Shown one piece after another: positions 26,511-40,558 of a DNA stretch of 64,000 nt. The stretch is from Malacoraja senta (lineage: Eukaryota): assembly GCA_038087875.1 (NCBI GenBank), contig CM075992.1, positions 11,596,001 through 11,660,000 on the forward strand, read 5' to 3'. Below the pieces are notes generated by a model. That model saw only the letters and a program-made list of their open reading frames with translations, searched no databases and was not told where the DNA came from. The position numbers and the translations under genes are program-made. Each line of letters opens with the position of its first letter. The first letter of the stretch is position 1.

Positions 26511-28914
26511 CAGATGAAATAAGATGCTGAATTATGTTTGGACTCTGCAGCAGCAGAGACTCCAGAATGGTGTGTTACCTCCCTGGTGCTAGGGTCCAGG
26601 ACGTCTCGGAGTAGCTGCACCACATCCTCAAGAGTGAGGGGTAGCAGCTGGATGTTGTTGTGCATGTTGGCACAAATGATAGAGGTCGGAAGAGGAAGGA
26701 GATTCTGCAACAAGAATTTACGGAATAGGGTGGAAGACTGAAAAGCAGTGCCTGCAGGGTAGTGATCTCAGGATTGCCTCCAGTACCTCGAGCTAGTGAA
26801 TGTAAGAATAAGAAGACAGGGGAAATGAATATGTAGCTGAGGGGTTGGTGCAGGGGGCAGGGATTCTGGATAATTGTGATTTCTTCCGGGGCAGGGTTGC
26901 AAAAAGGGGACGGGTTGCATCTAATAAAGGGGACGGGTTGCACCTAAACGTAACCAACATCCCAGCGGGAAGGTTTGCTAATGCTACACGGGAGAGTTTA
27001 ATCTCGATTGGCAGGTGGGTGGGATCTCGTGCAGGACATGACACTGAGAGGCTAGAAGCTGGTATGGAGGATGGTGTGGGAAAGGTTAGTGGGCAGAATA
27101 GGCAGGAGAGCGAGGAAGGAAGGTTGGTTTAAATTGCACGTATCTTATTGCAAGGGTCCTGACGGGTAAGACAGATGAGCTTAGGGCATGGATGGGTACG
27201 AGCGACTGGGACGTTGTAGCCATGACTGAAACCTGGTTAAGGGAGGGGCAGGACGGGCAGCTCAATATTCCGGGGTACAGGAGCATCAGTAGAGACAGGG
27301 GTGAGGAGAAAAGAGGAGGGGGGATTGCATTGTTGGTTAAGGAGGATGTCACGGCTGTGTTCAGAGGTGACATTATAGACGGTTCATGTTGTGAGGCTAT
27401 ACGGGTGGAGCTGAGGAACAAGAAAGGGATGATCACCTTGTTGGGGGTGTACTACAGACCCCGAAGAGTCAACAGGAATTAGAAGAACAAATTGGGAGAT
27501 TGCGGACAGCTGCAGGTCAAATAAGTTTGTTGTAGGAGGGGATTTCAACTTTCCCAATAGAGACTGGGGAAATCATAGTGTGAAGGGTTCAGGTGGGGTG
27601 TAATTCCTCAAAACTGTTCAGGGGTTTTCATAAGCAGTATGTGGAGGCCCCTACACATGAGAGGGCAACGCTGGATCTAATATTGGGAAATTGGGAAGGG
27701 GAAGTTAATGAAGTGTGTGTGGAGGAGCCTTTTAGAACCAGTGACCACAGTTCGATTAGGTTTAAGATAGTTATGGATAGGGACGGAGAGGGTCACGTGT
27801 TTAAATGCTCAACTGGGGTAAGGCCAATTTGACGCTATGAGAGAAGGTCTCGCTCAAGTTAACTGGAGCAGGTTATTAGATGGGAAAGGAACATCAGCCA
27901 AGTGGGATGTTTTTAAACGTGGACTGAAGAAAGCTCAGGATGTGTACGTCCCCGTTAGAGTGAAGGACAAAGCAGGCAAACATAAGAAAGCTTGGCTGAC
28001 GAGGGAAATTGAGACATTAGTCAAAAACAAGAAGGATGCATGGGACAGCTGGGATCAAGTGCATCCCTGGAGGGGAGAGAGTGGGACCACTCAAGAATCA
28101 AAGCGGTCACCTCTGTGTGGAGCCACAGGAGATGGGCAAGGTCCTCCATGAGTATTTCTCCTCTGTATTTCCGAGGAGAAATACAGTAGGACCTAGGAAA
28201 TTGGAGCAGTCACTGGAAGTGTCTTGAGAGCAGTCAGGATCACTGTTGAAGAAGTACTGAAGGTACTGTGGTGTTTGAAGGTAGACACTCCAGGGACTGA
28301 TCTGATATATCTGAGGACATTGTGGGAAACTAGAGAGAAAATTGCAGGAGCCCTGGTTGAAATTTTACGAGTCGTCCTTAAATACAGGAGAGGTGCCGGA
28401 AGACTGGAGGCTGGCAAATGTTTTACCTCTTTTCAAGAAGGGCTGCAGGGAAAATGCTGGGAACTATAGGCCGGTGAGCTTAACATCTGTAATTGGTTAG
28501 TTACTTGAGAGTATTCTGAGGGACAGGATATACAGGCATTTGGATGGGCAAGGGCCGATTAGGGATAGTCAGCATGGTTTTGTATGAGGGAGGTCATGTC
28601 TCACAAATATGACTGATTTTTTTGAAGACTTGACCAAAAAGGTTGATGAAGGCCGAGCTGTAGATGGTGTGTGCATGGACTTCAGTAAGGCGTTCGACAA
28701 GGTTGCGCATTGTAGTCTGCTCTGGAAGGTTGGATCGCATGGAATCCAAGGAGAGATAGCTGAATGGATAGCAGATTGGCTTCATGGAAGGAACCAGAGG
28801 GTAATGGTTGAAGGTTGCTTCTCAGACTGGATGCCTGTGACCAGTGGTGTGCCTCAGGGTTCGGTGCTGGGCTCGTTACTGTTTGTCATCTACATCAATG
28901 ATTTGGATGAGAAC

Positions 28915-29380
28915 ATACATAGAAACACAGAAATATAGAAAATAGGTGCAGGAGGAGGCCATTCGGCCCTTCGAGCCAGCACCGCCATTCATTGTGATCA
29001 TGGCTGATCGTCCTCTATCAATAACCCATGCCTGCCTTCTCCCCATTTCCCTTGATTCCACTAGCGCCTAGAGCGCTATCTAACTCTCTCTTAAATCCAT
29101 CCAGTGAATTGGCCTCCACTGCCCTCTGTGGCAGGAAATTCATTAAATTCAGAACTCTCTGGGTGAAAAAGTTTTTTCTCACCTCAGTCTTAAATGACCT
29201 CCACTTTATTCTAAGACTGTGGCCCCTGGTTCTGGACTCACCCAACATTGGGAACATTTTTCCTGCATCTAGCTTGTCCAGTCCTTTTACAATTTTATAT
29301 GCTTCTATAAGATGCCCCCTCATCCTTCTAAACTCCAGTGAATACAAGCCTAGTCTTTTCAATCTTTCCTCATATGACAG
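28915..29380 (-). mobile_element. Young CR1 3' fragment nested in the older CR1
   Basis: Splits the host RT between gagaacataca and tatacagggcaag. Confidence 0.87.
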
Positions 29381-30026
29381 TATTATATACAGGGCAAGAG
29401 TAGCAAGTTTGCTGGTGAAACAAAAGTTAGTGGTTTTGCAGATAGTGAAGATGGTTGTGAACGATTGCAGCAGGATCTGGATCGATTGGCCATGTGGGCG
29501 GAGGAATGGTTGATAGAATTTAATATGGAGAAAAGTGAAGTGTTGTATTTTGGGACATCGAACAAGGGCAGGATCGACACAATAAATGGTAGGTCTCTGG
29601 GTAGTGTTGTAGAGCAGAGGGATCAAGGAGTACAGGTGCATGCTTCCTTGAGGTTTGAGTCGCAGGTAGATGTGGTCAAAAAGGCTTTTGGCACCTTGGC
29701 CTTCATCAGTCAGAGTGTTGAGTATAGAAGTTGGGAGGTCATGTTGCAGTTGTATAAGATGTTGGTGAGACCGCATTTTGAATATTGTGTTCAGTTCTGG
29801 GCACCATGTTATAGGAAAGATATTGTCAAGCTTGAAAGGGTTCAGAAAAGATTTATGTTGCCAGGACTAGAGGGTGTGAACTATAGGGAGAGGTTGAGTA
29901 GGCTTGATCTTTATTCCATGGAGCACAGGAGGATGAGGGGTGATCTTATAGAGGTGTATAAGAGGGAAATAGATCAGGCAGAAGCACAGTCTTTTGCCCA
30001 GCGTAGGGGAATCAAGGACCAGAGGA

Positions 30027-30250
30027 CATCAATCAATCAATCAATCAATCAATCAGTTTTATTCGTCATTTGCACATAAAGTGCAAGTGAAATGAATTTG
30101 CCAGCAGCGGTACAATAAAAAAGAACACACAAAAACACAATACAAATTTGACACAAACATCCACCACAGCATTCATTACTGTAGTGGTAGGCACAAAATT
30201 TGGCCAATCCTCCTCCAATTCCCCCGTGGTCGGGACCTCAACCCTTTGCA
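30027..30250 (-). mobile_element. Hairpin-family retroposon 3' end with (tgat)n tail
   Basis: caccacag...ctgtagtg stem, aatgacgaataaa, (atca)n. Confidence 0.55.
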
Positions 30251-30529
30251 GTCATAGGTTCAAGATGAAGAGGAAAAGATTTAATAGCAATCAGAGGGGT
30301 ACCTATTTCACACAAAGTGTGGTCGGGGTATGGACCAAGCTGCCAGAGGAGGTAGTTGAGGCTGGGACTATCCCATCGTTTAAGAAACAGTTTGACAGGT
30401 ACATGGAAAGGACAGGTTTGGAGGGATATGGACCAAGCCCAGGGTAGTGGCCTGTTTCCACACTATATCACTCTTTGACTCTTTGACTCTATGACGCTAC
30501 AGAGAGATTGAAAAACCAAAAGCTAGGAA

Positions 30530-31355
30530 ATGCAGTTTAATGTGGAAGATGTGAGGTTATCCACTTTGGTGGCAAAAACAGGAAAGTAGACTATTACCTG
30601 AATGGTGACCGATTAGGAAAAGGGGAGATGCAACGAGACCTGGGTGTCATGGTACACCAGTCATTGAAAGTAGGCATGCAGGTGCAGCAGGCTATGAAGA
30701 AAGCGAATGGTATGTTAGCATTCATAGCAAAAGGATTTGAGTACAGGAACAGGGAGGTTCTACTGCAGGGTCTTGGTGAGACCACACCTGGAGTATTGCG
30801 TACAGTTTTGGTCTCCTAATCTGAGGAAGGACATTCTTGCCATAGAGGGAGTCCAGAGAAGGTTCACCAGACTGATTCCTGGGATGTCAGGACTTTCATA
30901 TGAAGAAAGATTGGATAGACTCGGCTTGTACTCACTAGAATTTAGAAGATTGAGGGGGGTTCATATAGAAACGTACAAAATTCTTAAGGGGTTGGACAGG
31001 CTAGATGCAGGAAGATTGTTCCCGATGTTGGGGAAGTCCAGAACAAGGGGTCACAGTGTAGGGATAAACGGGAAATCTTTTAGGACTGAGATGAGAAAAA
31101 CATTTTTTACACAGAGAGTGGTGAATCTCTGGAATTCTCTGCCACAGAATGTAGTTGAGGCCAGTTCATTGGCTATATTTAAGAGGGAGTTAGATGTGGC
31201 CCTTGTGGCTAAAGGGATCAATGGGTATGGAGAGAAAGCAGGTACAGGATACAGAAGTTGGATGATCAGCCATGATCATATTGAATGGCGGTGCAGGCTC
31301 AAAGGGCCGAATGGCCTACTCCTGCACCTATTTTCTATGTTTCTATGTTTCTATG
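30530..31355 (+). mobile_element. CR1 3' fragment
   Basis: ORF 30737..31420; (ttctatgt)n tail. Confidence 0.88.
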
Positions 31356-32319
31356 CACTGGAAGAGGAATTCAAAGGTAGAACATTATCTAAATGGAGGA
31401 GAGTTGGAAATGAGGCATAGATAGGGGAGATAGTCAGAACCTATTTTCCAGGATGGAAGTTTCAAATACTAGAGGGCATAGCTTTAAGGTGAGAGGGACA
31501 AAGTTTAAAGGAGATGTGTGGGGCAAGGCCTTTTTTTAACACAAAAGTTGGTGGGTGCCTGGAACAAGTTGCTGGGGTGGAGATGGAGGCAGTTACAATT
31601 GTGGCATTTAAGAGACTTATGGATAAGCACATGGATGTGCAGGCTATGGAGGAATATGGATTATGCAGGCAGATTTGTTGCTTTAGGCATCATGTTAGGC
31701 ACAGACCTCGTGGGCAGAAGAGCCTGTTCCTGTGCTGTACTATTCTATGTTCAATGTTTTGTATATGTTCTATGATGGAAGTAGAGAAGTCATGTGTTCT
31801 TGTGCAGGAGTTGCAAAACGTTAGCAGACTGAAGAAAGTAGTTAGGAGGCAAGATAGCACATTGGCCCTTATTGCAAAAATGTTTATGTTTAGAAATAAG
31901 GAAGATCTTTGACTATGGTCCATCATAGTGGTGAGGCAGCACCTGGAGTATTAGAAGCACAGGAACAGTCCCTTCGGCCCACAATGGCCATGCCAAGCAT
32001 GATGCTTAACCAAATTTCCTCTGCCTGTGCATCCTTCCATTCTCGGCATATCATGTGCCTATCTAAAAGCCTTTAAATGCCACTATCATATCTACCACCA
32101 TCACCACACCACCAGTGTGTTTCAGGCACCCACCGCTCTGTGTAATAAACATGCCCCAAACATCTCCATTAAACTTAAGATGTTAAGGCCTCTCACACCT
32201 TAATGCTGTGCCATCTAGTTTTTGACATTTCCACCCTGCGAAAAAAGTTCTGATGTGTGGTTCACAGGCCTAGAATTTCCTGGATTACCTCGACTTCCCT
32301 TCTTTGTAATAATGTTCTT

Positions 32320-32981
32320 TGAAGTAATAACGGGGAATAATGAAATGGCAGATGAATTAAATATGTTTTTTGTATCAGTCTTTACAGAAGAAGACACCAG
32401 CAACATGTCTGTATTTCAAGAGAGTTTGGGGGTAGAAGTTAGTGGAGTTGCTATTACTAAAGAGAAGGTGCTTGGGAAGTTGAAAGGTCTGAAGGTGGAT
32501 AAGTCACCTGGATCAGATGGACAACACCCCACAGTTCTGAAAGAGATAGCATTAGAGATTGTGGAGGCATTAGTGGTGATCTTTCAAGAATCACTGAAGT
32601 CAGGAGTGGTCCCAGAGGACTGGAAAATTCCAAATGTTACTCCACTATTCAAGAAGGCAACGAAGCATAAGAGGGGAAACTATAGGCCGATTAGCCTGAC
32701 TTCAATGGTTGTTAAGATATTAGAGGCAAAGAGTGGGAATAAAGGGGGCTTTCTCTGGTTGGCTGCCAGTGACTAGTGGAGATCCGCAGGGGTTGGTTTT
32801 GGGGCCGCTAGACTTTGCGTTGTATATTAATAATTTGGATGAAGGAATTGAAGGCTTTGTGGTCAAGTTTGTGGATGAAACGAAGATAGGTGGAGGGGTA
32901 GGTAGTGTCAGCGAGGCAGGGATTCTGCAGAAGGTCTTGGATAGGTTGAGAGAGTGGCCAAAGAAGTGGCAGAGGGAATAA
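32320..32981 (+). mobile_element. CR1 RT fragment with internal deletion; resumes ~34120..34660
   Basis: KSPGSDG, NYRPISLTS, FVDETK. Confidence 0.82.
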
Positions 32982-32983
32982 CG

Positions 32984-34115
32984 CATGCACGTGCCGTCAG
33001 GGTAGGCAAGGTCGGCACTGCTTACCCTGACTAAAATTATAAAATGGTAATGACTAAATATAAATAGTAAAGGCATGGGAGAATTCTGCCTATCTAAGAG
33101 ATCGATCTCTTAAGTAGGCATAATTCTCCGTGCCTTTCAACCGCAGCACTTGTAACCCTTGAAGGTCTGTGCAGCCCACGTGCCGTCGGCGCTGCTTCAA
33201 GCCGTCAATTTCAAGCGGAGCTGAAGGCAGCTGAAATTCTGCCTTTGCAGCACTGAGCAGGTGCAGCAGCCTACTGCACATGTGCAGCACTAGTTTCTTG
33301 GCGGGGTTTTCAAATATGGATTGCCATTATCTGAAGTGTATCTTAGGAAACAAAGAGAGAAGAATGGAGTTCGTGTACCGATAATGTGATAAGTACATTT
33401 CTTGGTGCTTTATGGATTTAAATACCGTATTTCCCGAGGTGTGAGGGTGGGGGGAAAGTTCCTTTCACAGCGTTTGGGGAGTCTGGCCCGGGGTAAAGTT
33501 GCGGAGAGGGCACGAATGTTGTGAAGGAGGGGATCGGGATCATGCCACTTGCGACGCTCCTTGCACGGAGCCACCGCAATGAGGCGGGGGGGGGGGTGGG
33601 TGGGGGGAGAAGTAGCTCGGGTGGCTGTGAGCGGCCGCCGGGCCGGACAGTGGAACCGGCCGCCACCTGAGTGCCTTCTGCCGGCCCCCGCTCACCTCTG
33701 GCAGCTCTCCATCTAAAAACCTCTCTCCTGCCGCTCGCTGCCCTCACTCATGTCAGCCACTTCCCGGAAATCCTTAAATTCCGACAACGCGATTGAAGTT
33801 ACTCAGCTTTGGGAATTTAAGGATATGCGGGAAGCGGCTGACATGAGCGAAGCCGGCGAGTGGCAGGTGAGAGGTTTTCCGATGGAGAGCACTGCCAGAG
33901 GTGAGTGGGCCGGCTGAAGTGGCGGCCAGTTCTGCAGTCGGGTCCCAGTGGCCGCTCGCAGCTACCCGAGCTGCTTCTATCCCCGGCTATAATGCGGTGG
34001 TTCCGCGCCCAGAGCACCGCGGCAGCGGTGAGTGAGTGAGTTACTGGCATTATCCCCGACCCCCTCCTTCTCAACACTCCTGCCCTCCCCGCAAATTTCA
34101 CAGGGAGAAAGTGCA
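32984..34115. mobile_element. Probable DNA transposon remnant (hAT-like terminus), non-coding
   Basis: GC/CpG-rich block interrupting a CR1; starts catgcacgtgccgtcagggtaggc with a subterminal hairpin; second TIR not found. Confidence 0.4.
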
Positions 34116-35384
34116 AGCACGTTTGCAGTTTTGAGCCCCATATCTGAGGAAGGATGTGCTGGCATTGGAGTCGGTCCAGAGGAGGTTTACGATATTGATC
34201 CCAGGAATGATTGGGTTAACATATGATGAGCGTTTGGTGGAACTGGGCCTCTACTCGCTGAATTTTCGAAGGATGAGGGGGAGCCTCATTGAAACATCAT
34301 GAATAGTGAAAGGCCTGGATAGAATGAATGTGTTTCCACTCGTGGGAGAGTCTAGGACCAGAGACCATAGCCTCAATAAAAGGATGTACGTTTAGAAAGA
34401 TGAGGATTAATTTATTTAGTCAGAGGGTGGTGAATCTGTGGAATTAATTGCCACAGATGGCTGTGGAAGCTTAGTCAATGGATATTTTTTAAGGCAGAGA
34501 TTGACAGATTCTTGATTCCAAAGGGTGTCAGGGGTAATGGGGAGAAGGCAGGAGAAAGGGGTTGAGAAGGAAAACAGATCAGCCATGGTTGAATGGCAAA
34601 GTAGACTTAATGGGCGGAATGGCCTAATTGTGTTCCCAGAACATATGGTCTTATGAACCTCACAGATAACATCAGTCAGGATCGAACCAAGGTTTCTGGC
34701 ACTGTTCCTGATACAGCTTGACCAGTTGTGCCACTGTGTATTAGTATTCTCCATATTGATCTCACTATCCTCCACCTCCTTCTCCTTGGTGAAAACAGAT
34801 GCAAAGTACTTGTTTAGTATCTCATCTATATCCTTCAAGCATAAATCCACCCTTGAGCCTTCAGCAGTCCTACCTATTTCCAGTTATCTGCTTATATGTA
34901 ATATACGTATAAAAAGCCCAGGATTTCCCTTTATTCCTACTCACCAATACCATTTTGTTGTCCCTTTTGACGTTTTTAATTGCCTGCTTCTTTCCTCATG
35001 GCTTTATACTCCTCAAAGTTCCTGTCTGATTTTATCTTTCTCAACCTTACATAAGCTCCCTATTTCTTTTTGACCAAATTTGCAACCTCTTTGATGATCC
35101 AAGGTTCCCCCTACCTTGCCATCCTATGTCTCCTCCTCACTGGAACATATGGTCCTGAACTCTGGTCAGCTGGTCTTTAAACCACTTCCACATGTCAGAT
35201 GTGGACTTACCCAATAACCGATGGTCCCAATATACTCTCCCTTGCAGATGCTGCATGCACCTAACCCCACTTAGTACCGTACCACAAGGTCCAGACTTAT
35301 TCTTATTCATAACTATCTGAATACATTTGCAGTTATGATCACTCTTCCCAAAATACTCTTTCACTGAAACACCAGTGACCTTAC

Positions 35385-35680
35385 TTTAGATTTTAGAGAT
35401 ACAGCAGGAAAATAGGTCCTTCGGCCCACTCTCAGCGATCACCTCGTACACTAGCTCTATCCTATACACTAGGTACAATTTACACTTTACAGAAGCCAAT
35501 TAACTTACAAACATGTACATCTTTGGAGTGTGGGAGGAAACTGGAGCATCCAGAGAAAACCCATGCAGTCACAGGGAGAACATACAAATTCCTAACAAAC
35601 AACTCACGTAGTCAGGATTGAACCTGGATCTCTGGCGCTGTGAGGCAGCAACTCTATTGCTGAGAGACTGTGCTGCCCCT
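35385..35680 (-). mobile_element. HE1/V-SINE-type SINE
   Basis: Same head/V-domain/tail organisation. Confidence 0.75.
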
Positions 35681-36067
35681 TAATATTTTAATTTAATAAC
35701 CCAGCCAAGCTTTGTTTCCCAACACCAGGCAACCTGGAACCCCCTTGAGTTGGACTATGTACATACTCTTGGATACACCTGTAAATTCTGCCTCATCTGA
35801 AGCTATTGAGCAATTCCCAGTCAAGATTGGGGAAGATAAAATCACCCACAACACCAACTTGTTGCTTTTGCATCCTTCTGTAAACTGTCTATATATCTGT
35901 TCCTCAATCTCCCGCTGTCAGAGTGATTGCACTTTTCTCAATAGCAAAATCTAACTCTCTTGAAAACATCCAGTGAATTGGCTGCCACTGCCTTCTGTGG
36001 CAGAGAATTCCACTATCAGCCAACCACAAAAAGCCCCGTTTATTGCCACTCTTTGTCTTCTGCCATC

Positions 36068-39000
36068 CATCATCATCATCATTGAAAACATTAGCGACAC
36101 AGTGGTGCTGGTTTCCGACGGGCCCGGTGATGGACACACAACACATCTCTGTCCTCCATGCAGCTGGCAAGCTCCTCTTTTGTCTCTACACATGTGTCTT
36201 CCATCAACGTGTACAGCATCATCTTGATTGGCCGTCCCGGGTCACTTCTTCCATGGGTGGGTTCCCACAACACAACCTTGTTTGCTGGCATTTCTGGGTG
36301 GTGGTGGCAGTGACCAGCGAGCCTCATCCTTCTCATTCTGATCTTCTCAGTCAGAGGTAGAATCTCCCCATAGAGCTGGGCGTTGGTGATGTGGTCCCTC
36401 CAACTGACATGTTGCACTTTACTGAGCATTCGAGTGTCTGTACCATCGAGAGACTTGGACAGTGCTCGAGTGAGAGTCCATGCCTCACACCCGTACAATA
36501 ATACGGTCTCTACAGTTACATGCAAGAATCTCAGTTTGAGACCCTTAGACATCCGAGACATCCAGATTTTCCCCATGTTATTGAGGGCTTTCCATGCGAG
36601 GACTTTCCGGACCTTGATGTCATTCTCCGAGCTCTGCATCATCGCTCCCAGGTACTTGAAGTCCTCCACTTTCTTGAGAGATGCACCGCCACTGGTCTTG
36701 AGAGGCTCATGGTCACCAACGTTGAACGCCATGTACTCCGTCTTCTTGGCATTGAGGTGGAGGCCCACTTTCTCACACTCTGTCTCGACCCTGCTGAGCA
36801 GCTCCTGTGCCTCCCTAATCTGGTCTGACAGCAACACGATGTCATCAGCAAAGTCGAGGTCTGACAAGTTGACTGGCCCGATTCTTCTCGAACGCCTTGG
36901 GGTGATTGTGAAGCCGAGGTCCTCATGTTCCTTGAGCGCCTGCCTCATGGCATAACCATGGACAATAACGAATAGAAAGGTGCCAGCGTGTCTCCCTGTA
37001 AGATCCCCGCGAGGATCTCGAACACTTTGCTCTCGCCATCCAGGGTATCAACTTTGGCCGTGGTGCCCAAGTGCATATCCTCAATGGTTCTAAAACCCCT
37101 GTTACACTGTGCGAGCTGACCCACGAGGTACCCCGAGTTTTAAACAAATTTAACTCGTGGTAATCACGTACAATTAACGTAGCGGGAACGTTGGAACTCG
37201 TGGACGCAACTTAGCGACTCGTGGCGCTAACGGCAGGTACCCGTGAAACTTGTTAACTCTTGAAAAAGTTCAAACATGTTTGAACTTTTCCACGAGTAAA
37301 ATGTACTCTTGAGGTTAAAATTTGAAACATTTCAACTCGTTGTAAGAACGTAGTGGCCCGTGCGTTTAACTTTGTGACTCGTGATTCTACCGTGGGAACT
37401 CTTTTTAGAAACAATAATCAGGGACAGAAATATCAGTTACTTAGACTTTTTAAAGACAAATTCTGCTTAACAAAGTTAAGCAAGTTATTGATAAGGTGAC
37501 AGAGTGGGTTGAAAAGAAAAAATTGCTTGAAGTTTATATATAGATGTTGTGTATTTGGGACTGAGCTCACAACCTTAAGACAAACCAGTATTGAGGAACA
37601 GCGTGAGAACATTTTATGACACTTCATAGCAGCCTAATCTGAGGTTTGCCAGTCACGTCCAGAAGCCATCTCTACCAGTGCTGTTGAAGAAGACAGGGTT
37701 GTGTTCACCTCTCCTGCACCCCTGTTCCGTAGGACAACACCAACTCTTTCATTATGCGGATGTTAAAGGCTGGGTTTTATTCTCAAGCCATGATGCCAGA
37801 TTCCCGATCTCTTTACTGAACTTTACTGAATCAAAGGGTTCTATATGAGGTGCTGCCTCAAAAAGGCAGCCAGCATTGTCATGGACCCACACTACCCTGG
37901 CCATGCTCTCATTTCATTCCTGCTGAGCAGAAGGTATAAGAATCTGAAAACCATGACCTCCAGGTTCAAGAACAGCTTCTTCCCAACAACCATCGGGCTT
38001 TTGAACGCAACAAATGCTAACTAAACTATGAACTACAAACTGCCTTGTTTGCACTAAGGACTTTGGGATTTTTGCAATAATACTGGATTTTTTAATATAT
38101 ATTTTCTTTGTTTAGTATATTATCTATGAGTATTGTGTTTACTGGCCTGTTATGCTGCTGCAAGTGGGAACTCTTTAACTCAGAGGGCAGGCAGCATCTC
38201 TGGAGAGAAGGAATGGGTGATGGGATGACATTTCCAAATTGGGGGAGGGGGGGTGAGGGGGGTGGGGTGGAGGAGATGGGGTGGAGAGTGGAGGGAGAGG
38301 AGGGGGAGACAGATGGGGGTGTCTTCATTCACTGGCTGCGGGTGCCTGTCACTTAAACAGGTAGGTGAGATTTCACATCCACCTTGTGTGTGTGTCTCTC
38401 TCTCCCCCCTCCCTCTCACACAGGCTGAGAGACTCTGCCTCTGTGAGTGGACGTCCCTTTCTCCCCCTCTTCCTGGGCTCTATACGCTCATTGTTTCCTA
38501 TGAGAGACTTTGAAAAATAAGAATCACATTTCACACATTGATTTTATGACTTTTAATTCTTAACATGACCATAATCACAATCTTTTGTCATGTTTCATCA
38601 GCAGAGGTCCCAAGTTATTCTTCAGCTCATTAAAGAGCTCAGGTGAAATTCTGATGAAATTTTTAAATGCAGATTTATCCTCTTTGCACAGCACATTAAG
38701 CAGCTTTTCATACTGTCCAAAGAGAGATCTCTTTTGAAACAGGGGCTTCACCCACTGAGACCTCTTCTTAATTTTCCTCTTTACTCTCTCTCTTCTGCCT
38801 TCATTACACAAGCGTCCTTGCATCACATTAAGGGCTGCAGCATACAGCACTTGAACAAAAAACATCACCATCCTGGACTCCAATAGCCTTCTTGCAGACA
38901 TTTTCTCCAAATGAGCCAATTTAAACAAGGCAGGCTTTTTATAGTATGTAAAAAAAAAGCATGACATCATTTTTTTAACATGTGATGATTTTTCAACACG

Positions 39001-39485
39001 TCGATATATATTGTTGCCTCAAGATTAACGCGAGAGGAACTTGGTACACTCGGGAGACGAACTTGGAACATCGCAGAAATGAGAAGTAAACGGCAAACTT
39101 AGACATACCCGTGGGAACTCGGTTAAACTCTGGATCATAAACTTGTAGTCTCGTACGCAACCACGAGTCTTTCACTCGGGGTCACTCGTGGGTCAACTCG
39201 CACAGTGAAACAGGGCTTTAAGGAGATGAGGAGGGATACCGTAAGCCTTCAAAATCTTCATCATTTTACATAGATGAAATTGAGTCAAATGCCTTCTTGA
39301 AGTCTATGAAGGTTAGGACGGCCGGCAGGTTGTTATTCTTCACCTCCTCAAATATTCTTCGGGGGGCAAGGATCTGTGTGACCGTGTTCCTCTTCTCTCT
39401 GAAGCTGTTCTGATTGTAACGTAGCTTCGGGTCGATGACAACCCTAGTTCGGTTGAGAATCAAGCGGTTGTAGACCTTGGTCAAG
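36068..39485 (-). mobile_element. RTE-clade LINE, RT and 3' end, split by a Harbinger insertion
   Basis: ORF 36091..36948 (DLDFADD, LNAKKTEYM), QGDTLAP-coding segment, ORF 39266..39694 (FIDFKKAFDS); (gat)n tail at 36068. Confidence 0.88.
37094..39218 (-). mobile_element. PIF/Harbinger DNA transposon, internally deleted
   Basis: TIRs aacccctgttacactgtgcgagctgacccacgag / ctcgtgggtcaactcgcacagtgaaacagggctt; TAA TSD; ORF 38575..38970 resembles Harbinger transposase N-terminus (WVKP...GQY..LL...F.NFIR...F.EL). Confidence 0.85.
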
Positions 39486-39489
39486 AAAC

Positions 39490-40558
39490 ATGTCAGGTCA
39501 GGGGGAAGTTCCCTCCGCCACGGGTACCAGGTAATCCCGGGTGAGGAGGGGGCTGTGGACCCCCAGCAGGACCAAAAACAAGACCTGTCAAAGGGCGGAT
39601 GAGCTCCTAGCGAGCCAACGGCCATCCACACTTCAGTAGAAGTTGCGATCACTGTCGTACATAGCATTGTAATGAACGATGATAAAGCACACACACCAAA
39701 ATCCTATACTTCCAGCGGCAGGAACTTTGCAGCTGTTCGAGGTTCTAGCCCATCTGGGCACCATGACGATGGGTCTTTAAACCCTGGATACACCCCGGGG
39801 AGGGATCAGTCTGACTTCAGGACTACAGCGGTTGCACCCGTTCTAAAGTGCAAGAAGTTATTGATGTTTTCATCTTTCAACGCTTTAACTATTCGTGAAG
39901 AGTCAAGGTCTACCGAGATGGCAGCGTGTAGTCGCAGATGCAGGGTTGATGTCCTGGGCTTTCAAGAGCATCGTCGTGCCCACCGAGACATGGAGATCAG
40001 GTTTGACAAAGCGGATGGCATGGACCTCATCACATGGTCAGCGTGGAGAGGTCCTGTAAACAACTCTGCTCAGGGAGGAGTGGGTCTGCCATTGAGTCGG
40101 AGAGCAAGAAGCGCGCTGCAGGGTGTCCACTCTGTCAGTCCTCGAGTCCTTATTGCTGAGTTTAGTGGTAACCCTGTCACCACTGTTATAGTATGCTACT
40201 CCCCTCACAACAGCAACCCTGAGGCCAAAGTGCAACAATTCTACTCTGTCCTCCAAGTTGCGATGGAGCGAGTACATGTGCACACTTTTCTGGCTGTGCT
40301 TGGGGACTTCAATGTCCGCCTCAGACTGGAGGATCCCTGTTACATCTATCACACTGGTGACACTAACCGGAATGGTCAACAACTAGGTGGCTTTCTCCAG
40401 GAGTATAGAAACCTGGCAGCCAACATCATGTTCAAAATGCACCAAGGAAAGCTGTGGACACATCAGGACCGGTGCACAGAAGAAAAGCACCAGCTAGATT
40501 ACATCCTGGTGCAACGCAAATGGCACAACAGTGTCATGGACGCTGAAGCGTACAGCAC
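39490..40558 (+). mobile_element. RTE 5' UTR and APE endonuclease, inverted relative to the RT part
   Basis: ORF 39672..40640: FQEHR, GGVG, YSP, GDFN, QLDYIL. Confidence 0.82.

Larger units (their letters stand above)
26545..30490 (+). mobile_element. Near full-length decayed CR1: ORF1 SGNH esterase, ORF2 EN and RT
   Basis: ORF1 motifs LPGARV, VVVHVGTND, DGLHLN; EN ETW, GGG, YRP; RT DFSKAFD, GVPQGS; ORF 29465..30079. Confidence 0.88.

Noticed and set aside
39490..39670. HDV-like ribozyme in the RTE 5' UTR
   Set aside because: Known for some RTEs, but I could not assemble the nested double pseudoknot by eye
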